Positions 41,376 to 54,249 are shown, counted from the first letter of the stretch. The stretch: DNA of 64,000 bases from Octopus sinensis (GCF_006345805.1 NC_043014.1:38688001-38752000); one strand, 5' to 3'. The notes: generated by a model from the letters alone, not told the origin. Program-made: numbers and translations.

Positions 41376-42033
41376 GTTAATTTTATGTGCTCCACTAACC
41401 CACTTCTTCTCTCTCACTTTTACAGCAATTATTTATTTATCAAGTTAAATGCAGCTGTATGTTGTTAATAATAATATAATTTTTTTTTTCCCAATTTTAT
41501 GGCTGTGTCAGAGGTGAAAAAGCAGTGCCCATGACCTTTACAATCATTGCCAAGATTCTTGGAATGAAAAAGGAAGGAATGTCGAAGGACACAGGCAAGG
41601 AAGTGGGTGAGGAGAACAGTCTAAAGAATTTCATTGCATATGCACATGTTTCTGAGGTTGACCTCACCAATCCGCACCTTGGGAAAATATTATTTCAGGG
41701 GTTTCATCACACCAAGCAGAGGCCAGGGTTGACCAGTTGATCAATATATTGAGAGAGAGAGAGAGAGAGAGATTTGGTAGGTGGAAATTGTGCAGAAGAC
41801 TGGTCGATCTTATATCTTTTACTTGTGCTAGCCATTGGACTGTGGCCATGCTAGGGCACCACCTTGAAGGATTTAGTCAAACAGATCGATGCCAGTACTA
41901 ATCTTTTTAAAGTCTGGTATTTATTCTATCAGACTCTTTTGCTGAGCTGCGAAATTATGGGGCCATAAACAAACCAACACTGGTTATCAAGCAGTGGAGA
42001 AGAGTTTAACGCAGGAATAATTCAAATACTTTT

Positions 42034-42121
42034 ACTTCCGACACAGGTTTCGAAGATTTCACTGATATTATTCCAAAGGAATAAATGGTGTAAAACAATG
42101 TAATCTTTTCTTCAGGGAAGT
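42034..42121 (-). ncRNA. Type I hammerhead ribozyme motif (H5) downstream of GIY-YIG remnant
   Basis: Minus strand reads ACTTCC CTGAAGA A AAGATT...AATCTT C GAAA C CTGT GTC GGAAGT: a 6 bp stem I and a GUC triplet. Confidence 0.75.
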
Positions 42122-42319
42122 GAAGAAATGAAACTCGTCAATAAGACATCTTAACAGAAAATGATGGATATGTATAGTGATTTACTGAACACTATTAATA
42201 TTGTTTGAAAAAACCTTATATAACATCAGAAGTAGCCTATAGAAAGGGGAGGGATTTTTTTTAATGAATGTTAAATATAAAAAGAAAATTAATGTTTAAA
42301 TTGTATATAATAATAGAGA

Positions 42320-42662
42320 TTACTTATAGGTGTGTTTTTGTCAATGTTTACATCGGTATGCACACTCTATAACTGTGTTTACTAGGGGATTTTTAGAAAA
42401 AATAATGAAAAATAGTTCAGAATTGCAGAGAAGACAGAATTCCTTGCCTTTGTCATAAGGTATCGAGATTGAGAGAATCAAAATGTTCATTGTGGTCTTT
42501 TAGATCCCAAATTAATTTGCTGAGCCCTGTACTGCTACGTTTATTTCTATCCCTAAATGTTGAGTAATGGATAGAAATTCTTTTAGATAACTGTAACGAC
42601 GTGCTTCCAATGTAAAATCGTACTTTATTATGAGTACTGATTTTACATTGATATATAGAATT
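42320..42662 (-). pseudogene. Penelope-like retroelement GIY-YIG endonuclease remnant
   Basis: Hand translation NSIYQCKISTHNKVRFYIGSTSLQLSKRISIHYSTFRDRNKRSSTGLSKLIWDLKD, then (frameshift) ILSISIPYDKGKEFCLLCNSELFFIIFSKNPLVNTVIECAYRCKH. This shows IY..YIG, the catalytic R and E, and the CxLC / CxH pattern of PLE endonucleases. Confidence 0.85.
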
Positions 42663-42725
42663 TTATTTGTTAATTGTTAACATGGAAAAATACACTCATC
42701 TATATATATATATATATATATATAC

Positions 42726-43291
42726 GCGAGAAAGAAGCAACAAGAATGGATAGGTATTTAGTACGATCGTTTCATACAAGGACAGGTTTTATTAAAAGTT
42801 GCAAAGATTACAGCATATAAACGAGTCCCGTACTCATCAGCTAAAATACATGTAAGTTCTTTAGACATCCTAGTGTTTGAGGCTATACTCATGAAGTAAT
42901 GTAGATAATTAAACAGATTTCTAAAGTTCATTAAAGTTCTTTAAGATGATGTACAGTCTTATCACAGAATTTTAAAAAAGTTTTGATAGCATCACAGAGA
43001 AGGTGACCTAATCCATATGAATTTCCATATCAAAACTTTTTTAAAATTCTGTGATAAGACTGTACATCATCTTTAAAGAACTTTAATGAACTTTAGAAAT
43101 CTGTTTAATTATCTACATTACTTCATGAGTATAGCCTCAAACACTAGGATGTCTAAAGAACTTACATGTATTTTAGCTGATGAGTACGGGACTCGTTTAT
43201 ATGCTGTAATCTTTGCAACTTTTAATAAAACCTGTCCTTGTATGAAACGATCGTACTAAATACCTATCCATTCTTGTTGCTTCTTTCTCGC
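42726..43291. mobile_element. Near-perfect ~263 bp inverted repeat (arms 42726-42988 and 43028-43291), Penelope-like pLTR pair family H6
   Basis: The arms are almost exact reverse complements with a 39 bp spacer, starting right after (TA)n. Confidence 0.85.
43172..43260 (+). ncRNA. Type I hammerhead ribozyme with canonical core and extended stem II (H6); mirror copy 42757-42845(-)
   Basis: TTTAG CTGATGA GTAC GGGAC...GTCCT T GTAT GAAA CGATCG TA CTAAA. Stem I is UUUAG/CUAAA, stem III is palindromic ACGAUCGU, and the triplet is GUA. Confidence 0.8.
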
Positions 43292-43412
43292 TTATAATCA
43301 CCCCACATTACTGTATTGTTAAATCAGTATAGTTTTTTTTGGTGCATCTAAGTTAGGTACCATATTCAAGTAAATTTTTTAAAATTAACTTGAATCTTAT
43401 TGCTCTTTTTAT

Positions 43413-43446
<34 letters not shown>

Positions 43447-44210
43447 ATATATATATATGTGTATGTGTATGATAGAGAACCAAGATACATGGCACATTAC
43501 TGTACTCAAGAAGACCTGCCCACCACAACAGAGTTGAGATCCCCAAACCAAGATGCCACATAAAAACACTCGGTATACTCTGCAAAGTGGTTGGCATTAG
43601 GAAGGGCATCCAGCTGGAGAAACCAAACCAAAACAGACTAGGAAACTTGGTGAAGCCCCTGGCCTTGCCAGTTTCCCTCAGTTTCTGTTGACCAAATTCA
43701 CTCACAAAGCATTGGGGCTAAAGTAGAAAATACTTGCCCAAGGTGCCACTCATTAGGACTGAACCTGAAACCATTTGGTTGCAAATGAAGCCTTTTAACT
43801 ACAAGGACGTATCTTTTGCAAAACTTTATATCGATAAACAATGTAAACATCAGCCAGAAAAAAGAAAACAAAACTGATATATTACTTGTGTTGATGAACA
43901 TAAACACCTTATGCTATTTGTTCTGCCCGAGTGGCACAGATAATTCCTTGTCAATCTCGTCAGCACAAAATGCAGTGAACCAGTGATTGCTCTGTTGGAA
44001 ACCTCTAAACAATGATGCTACAGTTCACAATATGTGATGCATGAAAATGTTGAAATAAAATAAAACAAACAACAGCACAAAGTTGTTGTTGTTGTTGTTG
44101 TTGTTGTTATTGCTTAGCCCAAGGTTGGTCCTGACTAGACAGATGCATATATTAAAGCTACAACAATTTTATTGCTTTTCCATTTCGGTTGGAGGCGGGG
44201 TGGTGACTTC

Positions 44211-44252
<42 letters not shown>

Positions 44253-44291
44253 TATATATACACATATATTATATATATATATATATACAAC

Positions 44292-44322
<31 letters not shown>

Positions 44323-45246
44323 TATATATATATACACACACATATATATATATACACACACATATATATACACACACACATATATATATATATATATAAT
44401 ATATATATATATACACATATATATATATATGTATATGAAATAAAATAAAAAACAGGACACAAAGGATGTTGCGGTACACATGTTTTGAGCTTTATAAAAC
44501 AACTTATTCTTACATCAATGTATAATCGACATAACAGATAGTTTAAAAGCCCTCTTCAGCCACATGCAATTGCTACACCAAAGACTTGTATCATATTATG
44601 AAAGGTTTGAGAAAGAACATTTGGTATTATTTATAATGGTAGGTAAACTGAGTATCACTGGGAAAGTATGCTTGTAAATCTTTATAACCAAATAGGTGTA
44701 CAGGGTATTATTGGACTCCAAAAATCCGTCCATACCGTTTTCTCACTCAATATAGAGTGCAAAGTATATGTATATATATACATATCATCATCATCATCGT
44801 TTAACATCCGCTTTCCATGCTACCATGGGTTGGACAATTTGACTGAGGTCTGGTGAACCAGATGGCTGCACCAGACTCCAATCTGATCTGGCAGAGTTTC
44901 TGCAGCTGGATGCCCTTCCTAACACCACAACCACTCCGAGAGTGTAGTGGGTGCTATTACATGCCACTGGCACGAGGGCCAGTCAGGCAGTACTGGCAGC
45001 GGCCACGCTCAAATGGTGCTTTTTATGTGCCACCTGCACATGAGTCAGTCCAGCGGCACTGGCAATGACCTCGCTCGAATGTTTTTTCATGTGCCACCAG
45101 CACAAGTGCTAGTAAGGCAACACAGGTAACGATCACGCTCGAATGGTGCTTTTTACGTGCCCATCAGCACAGAGGCCAGCTTGTTGCTCTGGCAATGATC
45201 ATGCTCATATGGTACTCTTAGCACTCAGTCATCAAATTTGATTTCG

Positions 45247-45276
<30 letters not shown>

Positions 45277-45277
<1 letters not shown>

Positions 45278-45460
45278 GTTAATCCAAACAAGAAAGCACA
45301 AAAAAACAACATAGTATAGTATTATATATATATATAACACAAATATAGTATTATTGGACGCTCAGGAAAGAAGGAAAGAAGGAGGGTTTAACGTTTCGAG
45401 CGGAGCTCTTCGTCGGAAACATAGGAGAAGGAAAGATCCAGAGAAGGAAGACAGAGGGAA
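45277..45460 (-). mobile_element. Family H2 pLTR fragment with hammerhead-like motif at about 45385-45420
   Basis: Minus strand reads GTTT CCGACGA A GAGC TCC GCTC GAAA CGTTA AAC; homologous to 1121-1330. Confidence 0.6.
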
Positions 45461-46668
45461 TAAAAAATATATACATATATATATCAATCCTTGTTTAACA
45501 TCCATCTTCCATGCATGCATGGGTAGGACAATTGACAGGAGCTGGCCAGGTAGAAAACTACCTGTTTTGACAGGGTTTTTATGGTTGGATGCCCTTCTTA
45601 GCACCAAGCACTCTGCAAAGTGAACTCAATGCTTTTTGTGTGGTATTAGCACAGGCAAGGTTAGTTTTAGCATGATTTTTACAACTGGATGCCCTTCCAA
45701 ATACCAACCATTTTACAGTGTGGACTGGATGCTTTTTACATGGCACCAGCATTGGCAGAGACACCAACAACTTGCAAGACAAGGAATTTTGAGAGGGGCA
45801 GAGACATTTGAAGAGGGGAACTTGTGTCAGAGGATGAGAGGTTAGAGTGAGTGTGTGTGTGTGTGTATGTGTGTGTGAGAGAGAGAGAGAAGCAGAAACA
45901 AGTGTCTTGCTATAATGGAGGGGATACTAGAGGAAGTGATCCAGTATCGGATGATGAGAGGCTAGAGGGTAACATGGAAATAGAGAGGCAGAAATAGGTA
46001 TCTTGCTATAGAGGAGGTACATGGTTACACCATGAGAGAGAGGGAGAGAGAGAGTAGAAAGACAGAGAAAGAGAGAAAGAGAGAGAGAGGTACAAAAAAG
46101 TGGACAGAAACAGGTCCCTCTCCACGCCGCCAATGTGTATGTGTATACACACACACACACACATGCATGCACATATCCACATACAGAAAATGACATATAA
46201 ATCTCTGATATGAATTGTGTTGTAGATGAACTCAGTAGATAGCAGACACCCAATCCATTCTGTAAAGTACTTGGTGATTGATTGGAAAAGTATGCTACTA
46301 TAAAAAAAGAAACAACTATGCCAAAGTACAGGTCGTATGCAACAACAAAGGTTGGCAGGTTTTACTATAGCTGTGTGTGCACCGGATGATGAAGAAATTT
46401 ACTCCTGCGTGCATGAAATAAAAGACAAAGGCACACATAAAAGGATGGATTGTGACAGCTTAGATGTAGCATACTATTTTCTGTAATCTATATTTCAGTG
46501 TAATGTAGTGAAGTGTACAGCAGACATAGAGAGCTTGGAGGGGTTCCAACAGTTATACATTTCCATATTAAGCCTTTCACTGCAAAACTAAACTTCATGG
46601 TTCTTCCGGTAATGATGTTAAATGTCAACTGAAAATATAATTTAGCATTGCCTTAATAAACTTGATAT

Positions 46669-47320
46669 AGGCATAGGAGTGGCTGTGTGGTAAGTAGCTT
46701 GTTTACCAACCACATGGTTCCGGTTCAGTCCACACTTTGTGGCACCTTGGGCAATGTCTCTTCTGCTATAGCCCAGGCCGACCAATGCCTTGTGAGAGGG
46801 ATTGGTAGATGGAACTGAAAGAAGCCTGTCGTATATATGTATATATATGTATGTGTGGGTGTGTTAGTGTGTCTGTGTTTGTCCCCCTAGCATTGCTTGA
46901 CAACCGATGCTGGTGTGTTTATGTCCCCGTTACTTAGCGGTTCGGCAAAAGAGACCGACAGATAAGTACTGGGGCTACACAAAGAATAAGTCCCGGGGTT
47001 GAGTTGCTCGATTATTAAAGGCGGTGCTCCAGCATTGCCGCAGTCAATGACTGAAACTAATAAAAGAGTAAAGAGTAATATATATATATATATATATATG
47101 TATATGTTTGTGCGTCTGCGTTTGTCGCCCCGACATCGCTCGACAACCGATGCTGGTGTGTTTACGTCCCCGTAACTTAGAGGTTCGGCAAAAGAGACCG
47201 ATAGAATAAGTACTAGGCTTACAAAGAATAAGTCCTGGGATCGATTTGCTCGACTAAAGGCGGTGCTCCAGCATGGCCACAGTCACATGACTGAAACAAG
47301 TAAAAAGTAAAAGTAAAGTA
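46669..47320 (+). mobile_element. SINE family A full copy (46669-47078) followed by a 3' half copy
   Basis: Homology to 3513-3980. Confidence 0.88.
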
Positions 47321-47783
47321 TATGTCAACAGAAAATACTTCCAAATATGACATTCCTCGACAAAAAGATAGATTCATCTATAAAACTGCTTCTATAGATG
47401 AGGGGGAAAACGATATTTTAAGTGAATGTATCTGCTTTCCACAGTAAAAAGGTTAATTGTTTCGTTTTTCCCCTTTTACAAGAGTTTATAGTCCACAAGC
47501 TTTGCACAACATGGAGACAGATACATTGGCAGACTTAGTGCTGATGCTGATGATGATGGGGAGAGATGCTAAAATAGCTTTGTCTTTTATCTCAGACAAA
47601 GCCACAGGAAAACATTCAGCAGTTTCAAATATAGCATATGATGATTGATGACTTCAATCCATCTTTAACTGCAAGTTATTTACACTGTTTCAGAAATAAA
47701 AAAAAAATGTCTGTTATTCGAGGACATTTAACTATGTCTGTATGTATGTATGTATAATATTATATATATTATTATATATATAT

Positions 47784-47814
<31 letters not shown>

Positions 47815-47920
47815 GATATGATATCCAACCTCAGCTAGTATGGAAAACAATGTTAAAGTCATCATCATCATTGATTTATATTTATATGTGTGCATGTATG
47901 TGTGTGTGTATATAATATAT

Positions 47921-48220
47921 ATAATTCGAGACAAACCACTATTTTAAAACCAAACAAGGAAAGACTTAATCAACATAAAATTTTAATATAAATTAAAATA
48001 ACCGCCACTACAAATGTTCATGTCTGCTCCGACAATCGTCAGGTGGATTTTCGATCTTCTAATTTGATACTGATTAGAAGATCGAAAATCCACCTGAGAT
48101 TGTCGGAGCAGACATGAAACATTTGTAGTGGCGGTTTATTTAATTTATATTAAAATTTTATGTATTGATTAAGTCTTTCCTTGTTTGGTTTTAAAATAGT
48201 GGTTTTGTCTCGAATTATAT
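47921..48220. mobile_element. Inverted pLTR-like pair, family H7 (arms about 47921-48063 and 48073-48220), with hammerhead motifs at 48005-48046(-) and 48090-48131(+)
   Basis: Consensus of both arms is CCAC CTGACGA T TGTC GGAGCA GACA T GAAA CA TT TG TA GTGG. Confidence 0.75.
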
Positions 48221-48374
48221 TATATAATATTTTACTATAAAATGGATTTAACCCTAAATCTGATTTTTCCCTGTAATTTTGGATTCATTCCCTAATATTT
48301 ATTATTAGTATATATATATTATATATATATATATATATATTTAAAAAAGGAGATGTGGAACACGAGTTGTGATA

Positions 48375-48647
48375 TATAAAAAAAGGAAATGAAGAAAATG
48401 CTGACAAAATAATTTAAGTAAGGGAGAGTGTATTTAATTAGGTGAAAGTTCTTTTTACCGGTGCGCATTTGTTATGCTTATCAAAAGATATTTTTTTAAG
48501 AGAGAAATATCTATCAGAAAGGAACTCTATCTCTCTTAAAAAAATATCTTTTGATAGCATAACAAATGGCACCGGTAAAAAGAACTTTCACCTAATTAAA
48601 TACACTCTCCCTTACGAATTATTTTGTCAGCATTTTCTTCATTTCCT

Positions 48648-48660
<13 letters not shown>
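48375..48660. repeat. ~130 bp-arm inverted repeat between (TA)n tracts
   Basis: 48375-48505 is the reverse complement of about 48530-48660. Confidence 0.85.
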
Positions 48661-48686
<26 letters not shown>

Positions 48687-48929
48687 CAACATAAGGGAAT
48701 CTTACATTGCTTAGAAACTCTATATTTGGAAGGACTCATATTAAACTCTGTTGGACTTTTGGATTTTACTCAAAGGAAATGGAATATTGCATATATACCA
48801 TTATGCCTACAAAAACGGATTTTACGAATTCAATACCCATACATATCTACATCTATTTTCTTTCCTCCACCTCACTCTCTATTTTGTATCACATCGAAAC
48901 TAACTATGACTTAATTTTCCTCTCACACC

Positions 48930-48981
48930 GTCTCCGATGAGAGGATATATTAATTAATATCCTAGAGAAACAGCTGTAAGG
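48930..48981 (+). ncRNA. Hammerhead-like motif with CCGATGA core (H8) in a (TA)n-flanked element at about 48685-49050
   Basis: TCT CCGATGA G AGGATAT...ATATCCT AGA GAAA CAGCTG TA AGG, with palindromic stem III ACAGCUGU. Confidence 0.55.
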
Positions 48982-49047
48982 GTTTCTATCTATAAATGCT
49001 CTAATATCTATAAAGCCTTGGTTATTTATCTTATTGCGCAAAAAATT

Positions 49048-49083
<36 letters not shown>

Positions 49084-49097
49084 CATATATATATATA

Positions 49098-49470
49098 CAT
49101 ACATTTGTCTACCGTTTAAATGTTTTGAACTTATAACCACCAACTGCTTTGCTTTCCTTTTCTTTCTACATGCCACCCTAAAAACATCGCCATTCCCGCC
49201 CGTTTCTCTAAAAGTTCACCTTCGCATATTCCCTTTAATTCGATCTCCACCATCACTATCATTTCTTCCCCTGGCTTACAGCGATGTCCATAAGCAAGAT
49301 AAGATTTCTCCCTTCTTTTTTCATACATACATACATTTGTCTACCGTTTAAATGTTTTGAACTTATAACCACCAATCTGCTTTGCTTTCTTTCCTTTTCT
49401 TTCTACATGCCACCCTAAAAACATCGCCATTCCCGCCCGTTTCTCTAAAGTTCAACCTTCGCATATTCCC
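49098..49470. repeat. Direct duplication of ~137 bp (49098-49233 and 49330-49470)
   Basis: Near-identical CATACATTTGTCTACCG...TTCGCATATTCCC units. Confidence 0.85.
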
Positions 49471-49989
49471 GGTGCACTCGCCCTTGCCCACCCCCACCAC
49501 CAATACCGGATATCTCTATATTTTGTTCCATCTATACCGGATGTCGCTTCTTCCACCACCATTATAGGTGTCTACTCTTCGAACCCCCTCTTCAACACGC
49601 TATTTCACCATGCATTACCCTCTCTTGATATCCTACGTTCTACTTGCCTAGAACCTGTCATCATTTCTCTGACCACCCCTCCCCACTGGTGCTCCCTATA
49701 TATTTCTGCACCCCCCCACATAAAAAGCACCATCCGAACGGGGCCGATGCCAGACCCCTCTGGCACCTGTGCAGGGGCACGTAAAAAACAGCCACTGCAC
49801 TCGCGGAGTGGTTGGCGTTAGGAAGGCATCCAGCTGTAGAGAAACACTGCCAGACTAGACTGGAGCCTGGGGCAGTCCCGAGCTCCCCAGACCCGGTCGA
49901 AACCGTCCAAACCGTGCTAGCGCGGAAAACGGATGTTTAAACGATGATGATGATGATGATGATATATATTATATATATATATATATTAT

Positions 49990-50389
49990 ACTCTTTACTC
50001 TTTACTTGTTTCAGTCATTTGACTGCGGCCAGGCTGGAGCACCACCTTTAGTCGAGCAATCGACCCCGGGACTTATTCTTTGTAATCCCAGTACTTATTC
50101 TATCGGTCTCTTTTGCCAAACTGCTAAGTGACGGGGACGTAACACACCAGCATCGGTTGTCAAGCAATGCTAGGGGGACAAACACAGACACACAAACATA
50201 CACACACACACATATATATATAATATATACGACCGGGCTTCTTTCAGTTCCGTCTACCAAATCCACTCACAAGGCTTGGTCGGCCCGAGGCTATAGTAGA
50301 AGACACTTGCCCAAGATGCCATGCAGTAGGACTGAACCAGAACCATGTGGTTGGTAAGCAAGCTACTTACCACACAGCCACTCCTGCGC
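49990..50389 (-). mobile_element. SINE family A copy
   Basis: Homology to 3513-3980. Confidence 0.88.
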
Positions 50390-51003
50390 ATATATATATA
50401 TATATAGATATATATATCACAGATGTTCAAAGGACTGGACATTTTCTTTCTCTCTCTTCTATCTTTTCTCTTTTCAAAGAAAATATATTTCCCAGCATTC
50501 ACTATTTTCCTTTTGTTCTGGTCTAATGACACTCCATGTTTGTTTTTGTTCGGTTTCTTGTATGTCTCCACTTTTCTGTTTTTGTTCCCGACTTGGACCC
50601 TCCATAAATCCTAAATCTTATTTTAGAATTCATGGGAGTCTATGAAGACTCATATTGTTGGTGAATGCTCGAAACGAGGAATGGATAGACAGCTGACAAC
50701 TGATGAAGGGTCATTTTCTGTTTCTACTTGTCCTGTTTTCCATTTTATTCCTTTGTTGTTTGCGTATTTAACTTGCTTGTTTTTGTACAGTTTACAGAAA
50801 ACAAAAGGAAGATAGGTGAAGGAACAACAAACAGGTGTATTAGTTTAATGCTTGTGAAGAATGGAAAAGTCTTCGACGCTTCAAGTCTATGCTCTTCAAC
50901 AGAGAGGATTGAGAGGGAAAATCAGAGAGAGAGAGAGTAAAATGTGGGGTATTATTGGTTCACATGAGGAATGTGTGTGTATGTGTGTGTGTATGTATGT
51001 ATG

Positions 51004-51082
<79 letters not shown>

Positions 51083-51084
51083 GC

Positions 51085-51252
51085 CACTACACATTTTTAT
51101 TTTCTCTCCTGTTTCTTTCTGTGTTCCTTTCTGTAGAAGAGCGAAGGCTCGAAACGTTAAAGACTTTTTCTCTTCCCGAGCGTTATACTAATACATCTTT
51201 GGTTGTCTACACCACCTGTCTTCATCTTTCTTTTTTTTGTGAATTCTCCCCC
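51085..51252 (+). mobile_element. Family H3 pLTR fragment with hammerhead-like motif at 51127-51162; a diverged opposite-strand relative lies at about 50790-50940
   Basis: CTTT CTGTAGA A GAGC GAAG GCTC GAAA CG TT AAAG, flanked by (TA)n on both sides. Confidence 0.65.
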
Positions 51253-52441
51253 TATATATATATATATATAATATATATACACACACACTCACATATTACA
51301 TACACAGCAAGAGAATTATTAACATACACACAATACAAACACAAAAACACACATACACGCATATATATTCCCCTGGTTGTTTTCAGTTCAGTTCATATTT
51401 TTATAATCATCACGCTTCCAACTTCATAAGATGAAAGAGAATTTTACAATAAACATTTTATCAATTTATAGTTTAGTAGATAAAAAAAAAAAAAATGACC
51501 CTATTTACATAAAGTATGAAATAGAAAGAAATATTTATTTAATGGATAAATTCTGTGGTATGTATTTAATAATTCAAATGTCTGTTTTGTTTGTTTTTTT
51601 AACCAACATTTAATTTCTTTTTAATTTACCCATCAATTTGTATGAACAGACGGAGAGAGCTAGCATTACAACTAATATCTGGCACTGTCATTAATCAATA
51701 TTTTATTTATCCCACACAAACAAATGTGATAAATAGTCAATTGCTTGACTTTTCTTACTCAGAGGTGTCTGTCAATGAATGATTAGTCGCTCTCACGTCT
51801 TCTTGAGAGAAGAAAATGGCAAGTTGTCATGTCATATACGTCTTTCTCATGTGGTACAAGAGGAAATTAAAAATAGACCGTGACCAAGATTCAATCCAAG
51901 ACGTAGACAAATGCTATAGTGCTTGACATTCTTTGTACTGCCTTTGTTTATATTAATAGGCACTGGTTCGGCTGTGTGGTTAAAGAGCTTGCTTCCCAAC
52001 TGTATGGTTTCAGGTTCAATTCCCACAGTACAGCAATTGGGCAAGTGTTTTTCCGACCAAGGGTCAACCAAACCCTTGTGCGTGCATTAAAACAACCCAC
52101 AGTACATGAGTATCTTTTATCTTGTACTTGTTTCAGTCACTCGACTGCGGTCATGCTGGGGCACCACCTTGAATGGTTTAGCGAAGTTTCTTTTGCTGAA
52201 CTGCTGAGTTATAAGGACATAAAGAAACCAACACTGATGGTTGAGCAGTGGTAGGGAGATACACACACACACACACACACACAATGAGCTTCCACACAAT
52301 TTCCATCCACTCAAAAGACATTGGTAAGCCCAGGGCTATAATAGAATACACAAAGCGCCATACAGTGGGAGTGAACCTAAAACCACATTGTTGTAAAGTG
52401 AGCTTGTTAACCATGCAGCCATGGCTGTGCCCATCAGTACA

Positions 52442-52946
52442 TCTATATATATAAAACTCTAGTTGTGTGAGTGTCTGTCCCCTTCGATTTAGATTCCTAA
52501 CTCCTCCCACATTTTGCGGTGCAGTTTAACCAAATTCGGGTATCTTATAGTCGTGATTCATATCGAGCCCGTCTGGCTATTAGCGCGCATCAACGATGAG
52601 TCTACGATTTTAAAAATAATTTAACATCATTTTTATTCCATTTTAATGCATAATCTTTGTGTGTCGATGCGGCGGAGTTGGCGTCCACGCTACAGCTGCA
52701 CCTGTTTGCTTCTCCCCTTCCCTCCCTCGTGAAGCTGTGGGGAAGGGAGTGTAAAGAAATCAACGTCGTAATGCGTTGTCAAGGAGACCAGCGTTCTTTT
52801 AGAACAACGACTTCATGGCTTGAAGACACCAAAACAGAAATGGCTAAGAAATCCCGAATTGGCATCTATAAGGGAAGTAACTCTCTAAAAATGCTTATAT
52901 AGTTATTTCCCTTACAAACCCGAGCAACGCCGGGCGATACTGCTAG
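52442..52946 (+). mobile_element. Non-autonomous Helitron
   Basis: Inserted between A and T. 5' end is TCTATATATATAAA, with a subterminal hairpin CCCG...CGGG at 52919-52934 and a 3' CTAG end; no TSD. Confidence 0.85.
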
Positions 52947-53304
52947 TTCTTTTATAAAAAGGCTCAGTTTGAGCTCTGAATGTAAAGGGCTGAAACAAAG
53001 AAAGCAAGCCATTTCGTTTGATGTTCTAATATTACCATATCAACAACAACAACGAGGAGGATTTCATTTATTTGCCACAAGGGCAAAGGATGAAGGGAAC
53101 AATACAGAGACAGACATAAAGTGTGGTGTTTTACATATAATAACGAAATGATAAAAAAATGAATAAAAAATAAATAAAATAAAAAATAAAGTATATATAC
53201 AGTATACACTTGAAAAAAAGAGGACATATGCATAGCATACAAAGGTGAAGAAGAAGAAGAAGAAGAAGAAGAAGAAGAAGGAGGAGGAGGAGGATAATAA
53301 TAAT

Positions 53305-54215
53305 GGTTTCAAATTTTGGCACAGGGCCAGAAGCTTTTGAAGGAAAAGAGAAGTCAATTACATCAACCCCCAGTACTCAACTGGTACTTATTTTATCAGT
53401 CCTGAAGGGATGAAGGGCAAAGTCAACCTTGGCAGAATTTGAATTCAGAACGTAAAGACAAACTGTTCCTAAGTATTTTGTCTGGCATGTAATGATTCTG
53501 TCTGCTCACACTGCCTTAACAACAATAATAATAAGCCCTTTTTACTATAGGCACAAGGACCTGTAATTTAGGGGAGGTGGCAAGTCAATTACATTGTCCC
53601 AAGTGCCCAACTGGTACTTATTTCATTGACCCCACCAAAAAAAGATGAAAGGCAAAGTTGACCTCGGTGGAATCTGACCTCAGAAAGTAAAGGGGTCTGG
53701 GATGCTAATAACTTTGCTAGCTTGCTGCCTTAACAACAACAACAATAATAATAATAATAACAGTAATAATAATGGTAATAATAATAATAATCCTTTCTAC
53801 TACAGGCACAAGGCCTAAATTTTGTGGAGATGGGGATAGGCGATTACACCGACCCCAGTGCTCCACTGGTACTTATTTAATCAACCCTGAAAGGATAAAA
53901 GGCAAAGTCGACCTTAGCAGAATCTGAACTCAGAATGCAAAGACAGACAAAATACAGCATTTTGCCTAGTGTACTAACAATTCTGCCAGCTTTCCACCAT
54001 AATAATAATAATAATCCTTTCCACTGTAGGCACAAGACCTGGAATTTTCAGGAAGGGAACTAGGTGATTATATCGACCCAGTGTTACACTGGTACTTAAT
54101 TTACTGACCCTGAAAGGATGAAAGGCAAAGTTAATCTAAGCAGAATTTGACCTCAGAATGTAGCGACAGGCAAAACACGGCTAAACATTTCATCCAGCAT
54201 GCTAGTGAGCTCGCC

Positions 54216-54249
<34 letters not shown>

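Noticed and set aside
50635-50715. CTGATGAAGGG and GCTCGAAACG fragments suggesting a hammerhead
   Set aside because: No consistent set of three stems could be assembled.
52657-52902. 81 aa ORF
   Set aside because: It is internal to a non-autonomous Helitron and has no Rep or helicase motifs.
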